Positions 28,180 through 38,173 of a stretch of 64,000 nucleotides of DNA are shown in pieces. A program made the translations under genes and the position numbers. The notes under the pieces were generated by a model, which was not told where the DNA came from, did no database searches, and saw only the letters and a list, made by a program, of their open reading frames with translations. This DNA is from a phage. Location: the NCBI GenBank assembly GCA_014435945.1, contig GCA_014435945.1_4088.1; one strand, written 5' to 3'. Position 1 is the stretch's first letter. Every line of letters begins with the position of its first letter.

Positions 28180-28671
28180 ATGTTTGAATTTCCTGAAGAG
28201 TCATTTAACTATATTGACCCTACTGATGATGGATACAGACATATTAATATCTATAGTAAAGCTAAGACTAAGTTAGGTAGGGATCTATCTAACTTTTCTT
28301 CACATAGTTTTACCTTAGAACCATATGGTTGGTTCCCATCGGTAGAAACTTTTTATTTTTGGTTTTTAACAGGCCAGAAACATGATGATCTTAGAAAAGT
28401 GTCGGGTGCTGCTGCAAAAGCAGCGGCGAACAAGTATATGCACGACCGTATTGAAATGACACCCGAATGCATTTCTCGTATCCAGGATGCAATATGTGCT
28501 AAGATATTTCAAAACCCAGAACTTGCTGAACGATTGAGGAAAAGTAAGTTACCCTTCTATCATTACTATGTTTATGGTGGGAAGGTGGTTGATGTATCTG
28601 ATGAACATGACTGGTTTGTTAAAACATTCGAAGATATAAGAATTGTTTTGAAGGAGAACCACAATGAGTAA
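28180..28671 (+). CDS. NADAR-like (YbiA/DUF1768-like) protein
   Basis: LSNF ... S.E.FYF ... helical tail pattern resembling NADAR domain; by eye. Confidence 0.4.
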   Translation: MFEFPEESFNYIDPTDDGYRHINIYSKAKTKLGRDLSNFSSHSFTLEPYGWFPSVETFYFWFLTGQKHDDLRKVSGAAAKAAANKYMHDRIEMTPECISRIQDAICAKIFQNPELAERLRKSKLPFYHYYVYGGKVVDVSDEHDWFVKTFEDIRIVLKENHNE

Positions 28672-28942
28672 ATGTTGGGTATGTTGTAAGCAATTCGATG
28701 AAGATTATATTATTTCTTTGGATGTATTACCACAACAATACATGATATCTTCAGGGAAATATAAACTAGATACAGTTCCAACACCTAAGTATATGGGGAT
28801 TTGTCCATTGTGTAATGCAAATGGGGTATCGAATGAAGTTGTTGCATTCACAAATACACAAACTACTGATTGTGTCGCCGAATATATAAGAAAGAATCTG
28901 GCTTTTTTCACTAGGAGATTATATGAACGAGAGAATCTTTAA
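28664..28942 (+). CDS. zinc-ribbon protein
   Basis: CWVCC ... CPLC cysteine pairs. Confidence 0.4.
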   Translation: MSKCWVCCKQFDEDYIISLDVLPQQYMISSGKYKLDTVPTPKYMGICPLCNANGVSNEVVAFTNTQTTDCVAEYIRKNLAFFTRRLYERENL

Positions 28943-29159
28943 TTCATATGATATGGAAGATTTACTAATACCATCTGATAACAGTACTGTTAAAATGCAA
29001 ATGTATTGGTTAGTAAAAGATGGAAAGGTATTCCAGCACAAAGTTACAAAAGTATGGCAATGTAATAAAAACAAATCTATAGTTGATGCACTCGCAACTG
29101 CATATCCTGGGGTAGAGGTTGTATTTTTACCATTTGCCTACATTAAGGAAATAAAATGA
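28923..29159 (+). CDS. hypothetical protein
   Basis: 78-aa ORF. Confidence 0.4.
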   Translation: MNERIFNSYDMEDLLIPSDNSTVKMQMYWLVKDGKVFQHKVTKVWQCNKNKSIVDALATAYPGVEVVFLPFAYIKEIK

Positions 29160-29323
29160 AAAAAGCATGGACAATATTCGTAATACCTACTATAATGTTG
29201 TTATTGTCACTTACGGTCCCGCAAGGGTATGTTGTGGCACTGAATGTAGTAGAAATTATTCTTCTTGTAATTCACTGCATTGTATGTTACTATTATGTAA
29301 AATCGGATGATAAAAAAATATGA
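29156..29323 (+). CDS. small hydrophobic peptide (55 aa)
   Basis: Unlisted ORF with ATGA overlaps at both ends; two hydrophobic helices. Confidence 0.3.
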   Translation: MKKAWTIFVIPTIMLLLSLTVPQGYVVALNVVEIILLVIHCIVCYYYVKSDDKKI

Positions 29324-29742
29324 AGTACTATCGAATTCGAGTTGGTGTAAGCTCTGGTTTTAGTAATTGGGTATATTATGATTTACCTGATAGCTATACC
29401 GTAGAAGATGTAATTGACTTATATTATGAAGAAGAGTCATGGGTATCCAGTACTGAAACACACAGTGTTGTGTGTGAAGAACTGAGTGCTGAAGATTACA
29501 AGCACTGTACCCAAGCAATGAAGTATTACAGTAAAGATGTGAAGATGTTATCTGAAAACGTTTTTCCTGTAAAAGAATGGGCAATTTTGCTTGCAAATCC
29601 TAACAAACCTGTTAGAATAGGTTATCCAAACAATCATATGGTTTATCGAATGAATGATAAACGTGAGCTAAGTTATCAGTATGATTACAGTGCTTCTAAG
29701 TTTGGAGTTCTAAAACAATTTATGAAGGCTTATCCAGTATGA
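29320..29742 (+). CDS. hypothetical protein
   Basis: 140-aa ORF. Confidence 0.45.
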   Translation: MKYYRIRVGVSSGFSNWVYYDLPDSYTVEDVIDLYYEEESWVSSTETHSVVCEELSAEDYKHCTQAMKYYSKDVKMLSENVFPVKEWAILLANPNKPVRIGYPNNHMVYRMNDKRELSYQYDYSASKFGVLKQFMKAYPV

Positions 29743-30074
29743 GCAAAGACAGCAAAGAATTTATAGTGCGTTGTAGTTGTGGCGATAATACGGAACATTG
29801 TGTTCACATTTCACAATTTGACTTGACACAAGAACATGGAGATGATAAACTTGGTCAATGTCTGGTGAGTATGCGTTTGAATCCTTTCTTAAAATGGTAC
29901 AAACGTGTATGGGTTGCATTGAAGTATATTTTCGGCGTAAACGACTTTCAATACAAAGAAGCAATGATTGATGTTGACATTCTGAAAGAAGTTGTGTTAC
30001 AATTAGAAGATACCCGCTCCGATGAGGTAAAGAAAGAAGAAAGAGATAAACGTACTGATGTGAAGGTTTTATGA
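29739..30074 (+). CDS. hypothetical protein
   Basis: 111-aa ORF. Confidence 0.45.
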   Translation: MSKDSKEFIVRCSCGDNTEHCVHISQFDLTQEHGDDKLGQCLVSMRLNPFLKWYKRVWVALKYIFGVNDFQYKEAMIDVDILKEVVLQLEDTRSDEVKKEERDKRTDVKVL

Positions 30075-30265
30075 GTACTGAACTTTATGAAAAAAAGTAC
30101 TGTACAAATTGTTCAACCGAGTATACAATACAGGGTATGTTGATTTGTACAATATGCCAATCAAAACAGGCTGCCACTTTTATCGTTGATGATAGATTTG
30201 GTGATTTAAAACAGTTTAAAGCAAACCGTAATCTTCGTAACTTTAGCAATCTATATAAGGAATAA
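30071..30265 (+). CDS. zinc-ribbon protein
   Basis: CTNC ... CTIC. Confidence 0.4.
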   Translation: MSTELYEKKYCTNCSTEYTIQGMLICTICQSKQAATFIVDDRFGDLKQFKANRNLRNFSNLYKE

Positions 30266-30268
30266 CAC

Positions 30269-30697
30269 ATGAATATCGAACAAACTATCCGTAACCATTC
30301 TTTCTTCGCTGCTGAAACTGGTCGTGTAATCGAGAGCGTCAAAATTGAAGAACTGATGATTAACGTTAAATATAAAGAACTGAATGATGAGATTAGCAGC
30401 ACCATTTGTGCACTACGTGCTCCATTCCGTTCTGAAGCAGCTAAGAAACCTGCTTATGTACTGGCGATTGCATTGGGTTGTGTAGTGAAATTGGTCGTTG
30501 ATGAAAATCAACTAAATATCAAAGTTGCTCCAACTAACGATGAAGAAAACATCGACCTGAACTTTGAAGGTAATCTGGCTGAAGACGTATTCTTCCAACA
30601 ATCACTGGTTTATGATTTCCGTACCGTAACTCATGACCATATCAACTTTGTCAATGAGATGGTTGACATTGTAGCTGAATACGAAGCTTCCCTATAA
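30269..30697 (+). CDS. paralog family A protein (C-terminal EE..FQ.S.V.D module)
   Basis: AEDVFFQQSLVYDF near C-terminus; terminator follows. Confidence 0.6.
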   Translation: MNIEQTIRNHSFFAAETGRVIESVKIEELMINVKYKELNDEISSTICALRAPFRSEAAKKPAYVLAIALGCVVKLVVDENQLNIKVAPTNDEENIDLNFEGNLAEDVFFQQSLVYDFRTVTHDHINFVNEMVDIVAEYEASL

Positions 30698-30710
30698 TTA
30701 GATTAACAAA

Positions 30711-30735
30711 AGCCTCCGTAATGGGGGCTTTTTCC
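30711..30735 (+). terminator. intrinsic terminator
   Basis: AGCCTCC / GGGGGCT then TTTTT. Confidence 0.55.
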
Positions 30736-30753
30736 AACATAAGGATATGAATA

Positions 30754-31305
30754 ATGATTGACCAAATTAAAATCCTAACTGAACAAATCACTGATTTTCT
30801 AGCAGATAAAGATGGATTCAGTACTGAAGTTAAAATGCATGGTGTTAGTCTCGATGTAACTGCACCAAATGGTGAAACAACCAATTATGATATGTATGAA
30901 ATCCTACTTTATACATTGGCTGTTCGTAAACTTGGTAGTGATATTGAACTAAACATTAACAAAACCGAGAACGGTGACCAAGTGTTTGCAATCAACACTG
31001 GTGCACAAATGGACGTGGTAGCTGAAATCAACAAGATCAACCAATCTTTTGTGGGTTTCAAGCATGATACAATCCAATCTGTGTTCCTGGGTAAACAAAC
31101 CGGAAACAGCCACTGTCCTTATTGTGTAATGACAACCTATAAGAATGGTAACTGGATGCGTCAGGATCTAGTACTTGCTGAAATGCTTTATGCAATCACA
31201 CACGGCCTAGAACTTGAACTTGATGATAGCGTGTACTGTTTCAAGAAAATCCGTAAACTTTCTGGTGATATACAAGCTCAATTAAAAGAATTAAATGATA
31301 AATAA
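30754..31305 (+). CDS. hypothetical protein
   Basis: 183-aa ORF. Confidence 0.5.
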   Translation: MIDQIKILTEQITDFLADKDGFSTEVKMHGVSLDVTAPNGETTNYDMYEILLYTLAVRKLGSDIELNINKTENGDQVFAINTGAQMDVVAEINKINQSFVGFKHDTIQSVFLGKQTGNSHCPYCVMTTYKNGNWMRQDLVLAEMLYAITHGLELELDDSVYCFKKIRKLSGDIQAQLKELNDK

Positions 31306-31462
31306 TTATACCAGTAATGGTTAACATTATCATGTTACTTTCCTCCCTTACATAATAATGATGCGTTATTATTTTATTGTATTATTCCCCTTTTTCGTAC
31401 AAAATCTTTTTCGTACTGCCCCGACCTTCGGGGCATTTTTCTTGTCTAAATTTTGAGGTTCT

Positions 31463-31858
31463 ATGAATAATACTATTGGTAGTACAATATCTAAACCACT
31501 CTCTTATTACCTTGAAAAATTCAGAAGTACAAATGGTAAAAAATTTAATGGCATATACCAATTCTCACATAAAGAATATATCACAGTTGATTGTTATTCA
31601 AATAAACTTATGTACGTAGATGATACTGAATACTGTATGAAATTGTCATTGGATGTAGAATTAGATAAGTTAACATTTATTGAATATACATCCAAAAGAA
31701 CATCATTTCTTGGGAAATGTAATCGAAAAGTATATAAAAATATTTCAATGTACTTAAATGAAGATTACCACTTCCAACAAACAACGATTGAAGATGTTCT
31801 ATTCAGTACTGAAGAATTGAAAGAACTATATTATTGGTATAAGAAATTTACAACTTGA
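31463..31858 (+). CDS. paralog family A protein
   Basis: NEDYHFQQTTIEDV. Confidence 0.55.
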   Translation: MNNTIGSTISKPLSYYLEKFRSTNGKKFNGIYQFSHKEYITVDCYSNKLMYVDDTEYCMKLSLDVELDKLTFIEYTSKRTSFLGKCNRKVYKNISMYLNEDYHFQQTTIEDVLFSTEELKELYYWYKKFTT

Positions 31859-31913
31859 CATTATCGTGGATTTATCCTACACTGTAAGATAATGATGAAT
31901 AGAGGATAAATTT

Positions 31914-32324
31914 ATGAGTTTAGATTTACACAATGAACTAAAATATTATTTCGATTTGGATATATCACATTTGAACCAACACGTCAATTATATGACTAGT
32001 ACTATTTGGTGGTCTGATGAGTTTGATGAACCAAAAATCCAACTTTGTGGTGATTTGTCCGTTTTGAGGTTGTATGCCCTTGATTCGGAAATGAATATCA
32101 AGATCACATACATACCATACACAAACAAACTTATTGTAAACACCCTAAACCCAGTTACAGTATTGAAAATTTCTGATTTGGACACGATACAGTCAGATGA
32201 ATCACTATTCCAACGTTCTTTGATTGATGATATGGGTGGTATTTTATATGAAGATATTGTACAATTGAAGAAGATGTATAGTGAATTGTTAGAAATTAAA
32301 AACACAGTAATTGTGGGGAGTTGA
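31914..32324 (+). CDS. paralog family A protein
   Basis: SDESLFQRSLIDDM. Confidence 0.55.
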   Translation: MSLDLHNELKYYFDLDISHLNQHVNYMTSTIWWSDEFDEPKIQLCGDLSVLRLYALDSEMNIKITYIPYTNKLIVNTLNPVTVLKISDLDTIQSDESLFQRSLIDDMGGILYEDIVQLKKMYSELLEIKNTVIVGS

Positions 32325-32325
32325 T

Positions 32326-32730
32326 ATGGTAAGTTTACTTGATATTGATAATACCAGTCTAGTACTGGCAAAAAAAGGTGTAATTCCCAATTCTACAAAA
32401 ATTGATTATGCAGTTATTGAAACAAATATTGGAAATATCTGGTATGACTCCGAAAGGGATATTGTGATTAGCTGCGTAGACAGTGACCGTGCTGAGTGTT
32501 GTAGGGTTGGTCATGACGGGCAATTTATTTTCGAATTCCGTTACTGGAAAGATGCTAAATTCCATCATGAGCATGTTTCAATTACAGGTGTGTATTGCAC
32601 CGAAGAATCGTTCTTCATGGATAGTACTGTTAATGATTTTGGTTCAGTTACATTTGAGTACTATAAAAAAGTATACAACATATCCAGAGAAGTAATGCGA
32701 ATCATCAGAAATGCTGAGGGTCAAGATTAA
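32326..32730 (+). CDS. paralog family A protein
   Basis: TEESFFMDSTVNDF; start moved to ATG after GGGGAG SD. Confidence 0.55.
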   Translation: MVSLLDIDNTSLVLAKKGVIPNSTKIDYAVIETNIGNIWYDSERDIVISCVDSDRAECCRVGHDGQFIFEFRYWKDAKFHHEHVSITGVYCTEESFFMDSTVNDFGSVTFEYYKKVYNISREVMRIIRNAEGQD

Positions 32731-32731
32731 C

Positions 32732-33106
32732 ATGACTACTATATATGACATTCTAGGTGACTTGAATAAAAATATAGATAATGATTTTGTTATTGTTGGA
32801 ACTACACAAAATATAATTCATCTTCCATTGGGTACACCAGATAGGTTAATTTTTAATATATACGGAAAAACACTGACATACCTACACGATGGTATGGTTA
32901 TATTGGTACTTGATATTAAAGAAAATACAATACGATATGCATATGACTTCAACGATTATTGGTCAAGAACCCATAGTATTGATATTGAGGAAGATGAACT
33001 ATTTCAATTGTCGTTAATCGAGAAAAATGTATTAGGAGTTACCGAAATTGGCATTGTTAAAAAAGCATTAGAATATGTAAATAGCAAATTAAATGGTGAG
33101 CTATGA
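32732..33106 (+). CDS. paralog family A protein
   Basis: EEDELFQLSLIEKN. Confidence 0.55.
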   Translation: MTTIYDILGDLNKNIDNDFVIVGTTQNIIHLPLGTPDRLIFNIYGKTLTYLHDGMVILVLDIKENTIRYAYDFNDYWSRTHSIDIEEDELFQLSLIEKNVLGVTEIGIVKKALEYVNSKLNGEL

Positions 33107-33558
33107 TGAAAATTGATGAAATAAAAAATCATTTTGAAATTGCATTGTCTTGTAAATTTGATGGCTCTTATGTTCCTGATCCAGAAGAGATAATTAGAAT
33201 TTCCACATCGTTTTCGGAAGAGTACAATATTCTTATTGAGAAAACATATGACAGTACTGAACTCGCATTTTACAATAAGAATTCACGAACAACAACATTT
33301 ATATTATTATATAACACAACATCGGATATAATAGAAATTATAACATGTAAAACAAGCAAAGATATACATTATGAGACTATCTCAAATGTGAGTTATTGCT
33401 CAACTGAAGAAGGATACTTTCAGGAATCTCTTGTTAAAAATTTAACAGTTAGTTATTCTGATTTAAGCACTATAATCAATTGTGTTGAAAAGCTAAATGA
33501 TTTCGTTCTATCTATGTTTGATATCACAGAGCAAAACCCGAAGGTAATCAAATGCTAA
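33103..33558 (+). CDS. paralog family A protein
   Basis: TEEGYFQESLVKNL. Confidence 0.55.
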   Translation: MMKIDEIKNHFEIALSCKFDGSYVPDPEEIIRISTSFSEEYNILIEKTYDSTELAFYNKNSRTTTFILLYNTTSDIIEIITCKTSKDIHYETISNVSYCSTEEGYFQESLVKNLTVSYSDLSTIINCVEKLNDFVLSMFDITEQNPKVIKC

Positions 33559-34007
33559 ATCCAGGACAGTTTTTCCATTTACTTAGTATTACACCTATAC
33601 CGGATTTAATCAGTGAAGCGAATCAATATCGTGATATAGGAATTGTATCTATGGAATACGATTCACCTGACTTTAAATGTTACGTAACATATGATTTGGT
33701 AGCCTATGAGTCAGAAACTGAGATAAAAAAACCATCATACATTTTTGTGTTCATATATAATGATTATAGTGGTGATCTACTCAATGATGTTCATATTGAC
33801 ACATTTGAAATATGTGATAATATTATAACAGATGATTCATCATGTACATTTGATTTATCAGAAAACAGTACTGAAGAGGCACTTTTTCAGTTGAGTACTG
33901 TTAGTGACACTGTACTAACTCTTGATGACATTGAGAAATTTAAAGAACAGCTTGACGCAGTACGTGAGATGTTCTATAATCATTATCCAGAAATCGAGTT
34001 CAATTAA
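33552..34007 (+). CDS. paralog family A protein
   Basis: STEEALFQLSTVSD. Confidence 0.55.
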   Translation: MLNPGQFFHLLSITPIPDLISEANQYRDIGIVSMEYDSPDFKCYVTYDLVAYESETEIKKPSYIFVFIYNDYSGDLLNDVHIDTFEICDNIITDDSSCTFDLSENSTEEALFQLSTVSDTVLTLDDIEKFKEQLDAVREMFYNHYPEIEFN

Positions 34008-34021
34008 CTAAAGGTATCAAA

Positions 34022-34282
34022 ATGACTAAAGTAGTTCGTAAACGCCACATGATGAACATGGATGAATTTCGCACCTTTGACAAATACCGTACTATGTTTC
34101 GTATGCTGTCACAGGGCCGTCCAATCGTCATTGTAACGGAGAATTACATGTCACCTGAGATGATGTTCGGTAATTATGAAAAGGTCTTCATGTTGTACGT
34201 GAAGCGTGAATTGCTAACGATTAAGACCTTAGCTGAAGCTACAGATGAAGATATGGATGGTGATAATACATTTACCATGTGA
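34022..34282 (+). CDS. hypothetical protein
   Basis: 86-aa ORF. Confidence 0.45.
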   Translation: MTKVVRKRHMMNMDEFRTFDKYRTMFRMLSQGRPIVIVTENYMSPEMMFGNYEKVFMLYVKRELLTIKTLAEATDEDMDGDNTFTM

Positions 34283-34360
34283 GGAAATATATGGCAGAAA
34301 AACCAAAAGAACCATTGGACCGTGATGATGATTTTTACGACGAACGATATGGGGAATCAG

Positions 34361-34612
34361 ATGAGTGAACATCGTGCAGTACTTAAAAAGATTTTAAATG
34401 AACTTGGTGATGAGTTTAATGTTACTGAAGAAGAATATCAATGTTGGAAGAAGGATTTTGAACTCCTTGCTGAGTATGATAAAGTCTTCAATATGATTGG
34501 TGTCATTAGCCAGTACTTACTTGGTGGTGGTCGAGCCAGTGCTTCAATTCTTGCATCTGCGATCATCTGTACTTCTCGATGGTGCGATGAAAAAAGTCTG
34601 GAAGATTTCTAA
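34361..34612 (+). CDS. hypothetical protein
   Basis: Start at ATG 34361 (MSEHRAV) within ORF 34322..34612. Confidence 0.4.
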   Translation: MSEHRAVLKKILNELGDEFNVTEEEYQCWKKDFELLAEYDKVFNMIGVISQYLLGGGRASASILASAIICTSRWCDEKSLEDF

Positions 34613-34618
34613 ATAAGA

Positions 34619-34628
34619 TGCTATAATG
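34619..34628 (+). promoter_or_regulatory. extended -10 promoter element
   Basis: TGCTATAAT about 37 nt upstream of the methyltransferase start; no clear -35. Confidence 0.35.
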
Positions 34629-34664
34629 TATTATAGTACCTTAACAATATAAAAAGGATTTTAT

Positions 34665-35525
34665 ATGAAACCTATCAGAGTACTGTCACTTTTTAATGGA
34701 ATGAGCGTTGGATATATGGCATTGGCAGATGCAGGTATTCCAGTTGAAAAATATTACTCATCTGAAATTGACAAGTACGCAATTGCTGAATCTTCCGAGA
34801 ATTTTCCTGATATTATCCAGTTAGGTGATGTGACTAAGTGGAAAGAATGGGATATTGAGTGGGATAAGATAGATTTACTCATGGGAGGATTCCCATGTCA
34901 AGCCTGGTCTGTTGCTGGTAAGCAAGGTGGCTTGAATGATATACGTGGACAGTTATTTTTGGTTATGGTTGACATTTTTGAGCACATCAAAAGTGTAAAT
35001 CCAAACTTGCAATTTCTGTTCGAGAATGTTAAAATGAAGGAAGATTTCAAAGAATACATTAATAGTATTTTAGGAATCACACCAGTACTGATAAATTCCC
35101 AGCATTATACGCCTCACTTCAGGCAGAGATACTACTGGTGCAGTACTGATAAGCTTTTTATACCACCTGCATTATCAAATGCCCCTAAACTTCAAGATAT
35201 CATTGAAGATGGTTGGTACACTGACAGAACCGCTTCGTACTGTATAGATGCTAACTATTTTAAGGGTGGTGATTGTAACCAGTACTTTAATAAATCAAGA
35301 CGACAGTTGGTGTTTCGTGACCCAACGATTAATCGTCAATATCTATTGGAGAATGGTAAAAGAAATATTGACTATAGACACTTAAGTGTAGTAGAATGTT
35401 GTAAATTACAGGGTATTCCTGTAGATTTCTTTAAAGTGTCTAGTAAGACACAAGCATACAAAATGCTTGGGAATGGATGGACTATGCCAGTTATATCACA
35501 CTTACTAAGAGAGATATTCTTTTGA
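34665..35525 (+). CDS. DNA (cytosine-5)-methyltransferase-like protein
   Basis: Motif IV GGFPCQAWS, motif VI FENV, motif VIII Q..R.R, C-terminal GNGWTMP; motif I atypical (LFNGMSVG). Confidence 0.7.
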   Translation: MKPIRVLSLFNGMSVGYMALADAGIPVEKYYSSEIDKYAIAESSENFPDIIQLGDVTKWKEWDIEWDKIDLLMGGFPCQAWSVAGKQGGLNDIRGQLFLVMVDIFEHIKSVNPNLQFLFENVKMKEDFKEYINSILGITPVLINSQHYTPHFRQRYYWCSTDKLFIPPALSNAPKLQDIIEDGWYTDRTASYCIDANYFKGGDCNQYFNKSRRQLVFRDPTINRQYLLENGKRNIDYRHLSVVECCKLQGIPVDFFKVSSKTQAYKMLGNGWTMPVISHLLREIFF

Positions 35526-35527
35526 AC

Positions 35528-36007
35528 ATGAAGAACTACCCCACCTATACTGAACGTGTAATGAAATTTCAACGTCAGTCATCAAAGGAAGAATTAGAAT
35601 TTAATTTGTACTATCCTAATATTGGTGATGAGGTATTCTATTGTTCTCATACAAAGAATGGAACTTTACTTAAATCCGGTAAAGGTATTATTGTTGATAT
35701 GATTAGCACTTTCAAAGGTAAACTTAATGTAATGTACAAAGTACAAGATTCAAGTACTGAGTGCATTCATGAAGTGATGCATAATATACCTGCATATCCA
35801 AAGGATTTTGTTGAGCTAATATCTCGAAGGGAGAAACCTATGTTTTATTGTGGTTATGACAAACTAACCAAACAAATTATTCCTAATACTATGGGAAAAT
35901 TTAAAAGTGATGTTAAAACTGAACTTAATAAGAAATTAGGTTCATCATGGGAAACTGAAAACGAATTCATCGAAATTCGTTTGATTGAAGTTACTATACT
36001 CGATTAA
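35528..36007 (+). CDS. hypothetical protein
   Basis: Start ATG 35528 just after methyltransferase stop. Confidence 0.45.
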   Translation: MKNYPTYTERVMKFQRQSSKEELEFNLYYPNIGDEVFYCSHTKNGTLLKSGKGIIVDMISTFKGKLNVMYKVQDSSTECIHEVMHNIPAYPKDFVELISRREKPMFYCGYDKLTKQIIPNTMGKFKSDVKTELNKKLGSSWETENEFIEIRLIEVTILD

Positions 36008-36013
36008 TTACAG

Positions 36014-36037
36014 ATCCACGCTATGCGTGGATTTTTC
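36014..36037 (+). terminator. intrinsic terminator
   Basis: ATCCACGC / GCGTGGAT then TTTT. Confidence 0.6.
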
Positions 36038-36049
36038 ATAGGTGCATAT

Positions 36050-36565
36050 ATGACAGTTCCTTATGTTAAAATTATTAATAATATCCTTGATTCATGGGAA
36101 GATGTTATTACTGGTAAAAAGAACCCAATGCCAGTACACGCACTAACCGGGAGACTACAATTCAGAACGTCAAACAAAACTGAAACTTTTAATAATCATG
36201 ATGTTCACATTACTATAAAATCACCTGTACGTATTGTAATTAAAAAAAATCAAGATGATGAATTGACATTATCTATTGGTAGTGATAAAATCATTTTAAG
36301 TAATTTATCCGAAGAAGAATTCTTTCAACGAAGTACTATCATCGACATGAAAGATTTCACATATGAATCATTGGTTGAACTCAATGCACGTTTCAACGAT
36401 ATTCAGGAACGATTGCGACCAATCCTCCGCAAAGAAGAAGAAGCATGGAATGAAAGTGTAAGAAAGATGCAAGAAATGTTGAAAGAAAATATTAACAATC
36501 TGGGTAAAGCTACAATGGAATTTGGTAAATCTTTTAAACTGAACTTTTCAAAGGATCGTAAATGA
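36050..36565 (+). CDS. paralog family A protein
   Basis: SEEEFFQRSTIIDM; start placed after terminator hairpin. Confidence 0.55.
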   Translation: MTVPYVKIINNILDSWEDVITGKKNPMPVHALTGRLQFRTSNKTETFNNHDVHITIKSPVRIVIKKNQDDELTLSIGSDKIILSNLSEEEFFQRSTIIDMKDFTYESLVELNARFNDIQERLRPILRKEEEAWNESVRKMQEMLKENINNLGKATMEFGKSFKLNFSKDRK

Positions 36566-37017
36566 AAATTGATAATTTGATTCATGTCTTAGGGACTTTA
36601 CATAAAATATTATTACATCTTAACGAGATGAATAAACTAGGTTATAATGTCCATAATGTATTTGAACCTACATTTAAATATAACTCAATCACTGGAGATG
36701 GTAATTACATAATCGAATATACATATGAAACCGATCCAGACTTCTATCCTCTTACGTTGAGAATTTATCCAACAAATCCGATAGGAATTCACGACATATC
36801 ATCAATTTCACTTGATCCAGATGGTGAAACGAGTATTGAATACAATAATGATTCAAAACCAGAATTTTACATTGATGACATTAAAAAGTTGTTCAATGAT
36901 GAATATGTTTTCCAACAAAGTACTGTGCATGATGTTGGTAGTACTACTGGGCAATTTTGGAATACATGTTATTATCATATGATTGAAATTTGTAAATTAC
37001 TAAAAGGTGTTGAATAA
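36562..37017 (+). CDS. paralog family A protein
   Basis: NDEYVFQQSTVHDV. Confidence 0.55.
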   Translation: MKIDNLIHVLGTLHKILLHLNEMNKLGYNVHNVFEPTFKYNSITGDGNYIIEYTYETDPDFYPLTLRIYPTNPIGIHDISSISLDPDGETSIEYNNDSKPEFYIDDIKKLFNDEYVFQQSTVHDVGSTTGQFWNTCYYHMIEICKLLKGVE

Positions 37018-37400
37018 TGAAATACTGCATTGAAGTACATTACACTACAGGTGATACTGAAAATTGTTATGACGTTCTTAATACAATTGATATTCAATGG
37101 TCTTCTAAAGAGGAAGCAGTTGCTGCTTTACAGTGCCTAAAAGAGCATTGGGTGTTTTATATGAAGCAAGATAATTGCTATACAAAAGAACACGAAACGA
37201 TCATGGAAAATGCTAAACAAAAAGAGTGGTTTGACCCAATATCACCAGAATATTCATTCTTGGTTAAAGTTGGCGATGTAACTGTTCCATTACGAACACC
37301 GTGGAACGGCTACTTTGAAACTCTTCATAATGCACGAGTTGTCGCTGTTGATAACCCTGAACAAATCGATTTCGATTCATTGGACTGGAAAAAACTATGA
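37017..37400 (+). CDS. hypothetical protein
   Basis: 127-aa ORF. Confidence 0.45.
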   Translation: MKYCIEVHYTTGDTENCYDVLNTIDIQWSSKEEAVAALQCLKEHWVFYMKQDNCYTKEHETIMENAKQKEWFDPISPEYSFLVKVGDVTVPLRTPWNGYFETLHNARVVAVDNPEQIDFDSLDWKKL

Positions 37401-37840
37401 CAGTACTGCACCGATTGAAGAAGGTTAAGCATCCAGTTGTATATGAGGACTGGAAACGACAGAAGTTGCTGGGTGATTTTTATTACCCAAAATCTAAAGT
37501 TCTTGCGAATTCAAGATGTACATATTGCACACATAATGATAAAGATACAGTATTTGTCGAAATGGGTTTCCATCCATCAAACACAATGTTCACTACTAAC
37601 CAAACGTTTTACAAATTTCATATACAAAAAGATTCATTTACTGTTATGATTATAAAACATTTAGTTGAAGATCTGGCATTCAGTGAAGAACGAGTACCTT
37701 TATCATTAGTGGATATTCCTTATAATAATTTAGAGGAAATGTACTTCCAACAGTTGACAGTACAAGAAAACTTTGGTATGATAGGACTTCAAGAGTTAGA
37801 GATGATTAAGCAAATTCGTGATATCTACTTTAAGGAGTAA
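37397..37840 (+). CDS. paralog family A protein
   Basis: LEEMYFQQLTVQEN. Confidence 0.55.
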   Translation: MTVLHRLKKVKHPVVYEDWKRQKLLGDFYYPKSKVLANSRCTYCTHNDKDTVFVEMGFHPSNTMFTTNQTFYKFHIQKDSFTVMIIKHLVEDLAFSEERVPLSLVDIPYNNLEEMYFQQLTVQENFGMIGLQELEMIKQIRDIYFKE

Positions 37841-37842
37841 CT

Positions 37843-37986
37843 ATGCCAGTACGTAACAGTACTTCACGCTTTACGCTTCAACAGAAAGCAGATCTTTTGA
37901 ATATGGCAAACAAAGATTCTAATTTTCACTATCTAGTACTCGGTGGTTCAGTTGAAAAGATTGACCTACGTGAGTGTATGAAATAA
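37843..37986 (+). CDS. small protein (47 aa)
   Basis: Unlisted ORF with strong AAGGAG SD 7 nt upstream. Confidence 0.4.
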   Translation: MPVRNSTSRFTLQQKADLLNMANKDSNFHYLVLGGSVEKIDLRECMK

Positions 37987-38002
37987 CAAAAAGGGGACTA
38001 AA

Positions 38003-38173
38003 ATGAGTCTACGTGAATCATGGGAACAATTTAAAGAAGAGATTGGTTATCGTGGTGTCAAAATCGAACCAATCAATCGCACCGAAAGCATCAAAGCTAG
38101 TACTAATGGCACTACCTATGATCGTTATGATGAAAAGTATGGTTTACATTCTAAACCAAAGGATACTGAGTAA
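38003..38173 (+). CDS. small protein (56 aa)
   Basis: Unlisted ORF with AAAGGGGA SD. Confidence 0.35.
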   Translation: MSLRESWEQFKEEIGYRGVKIEPINRTESIKASTNGTTYDRYDEKYGLHSKPKDTE

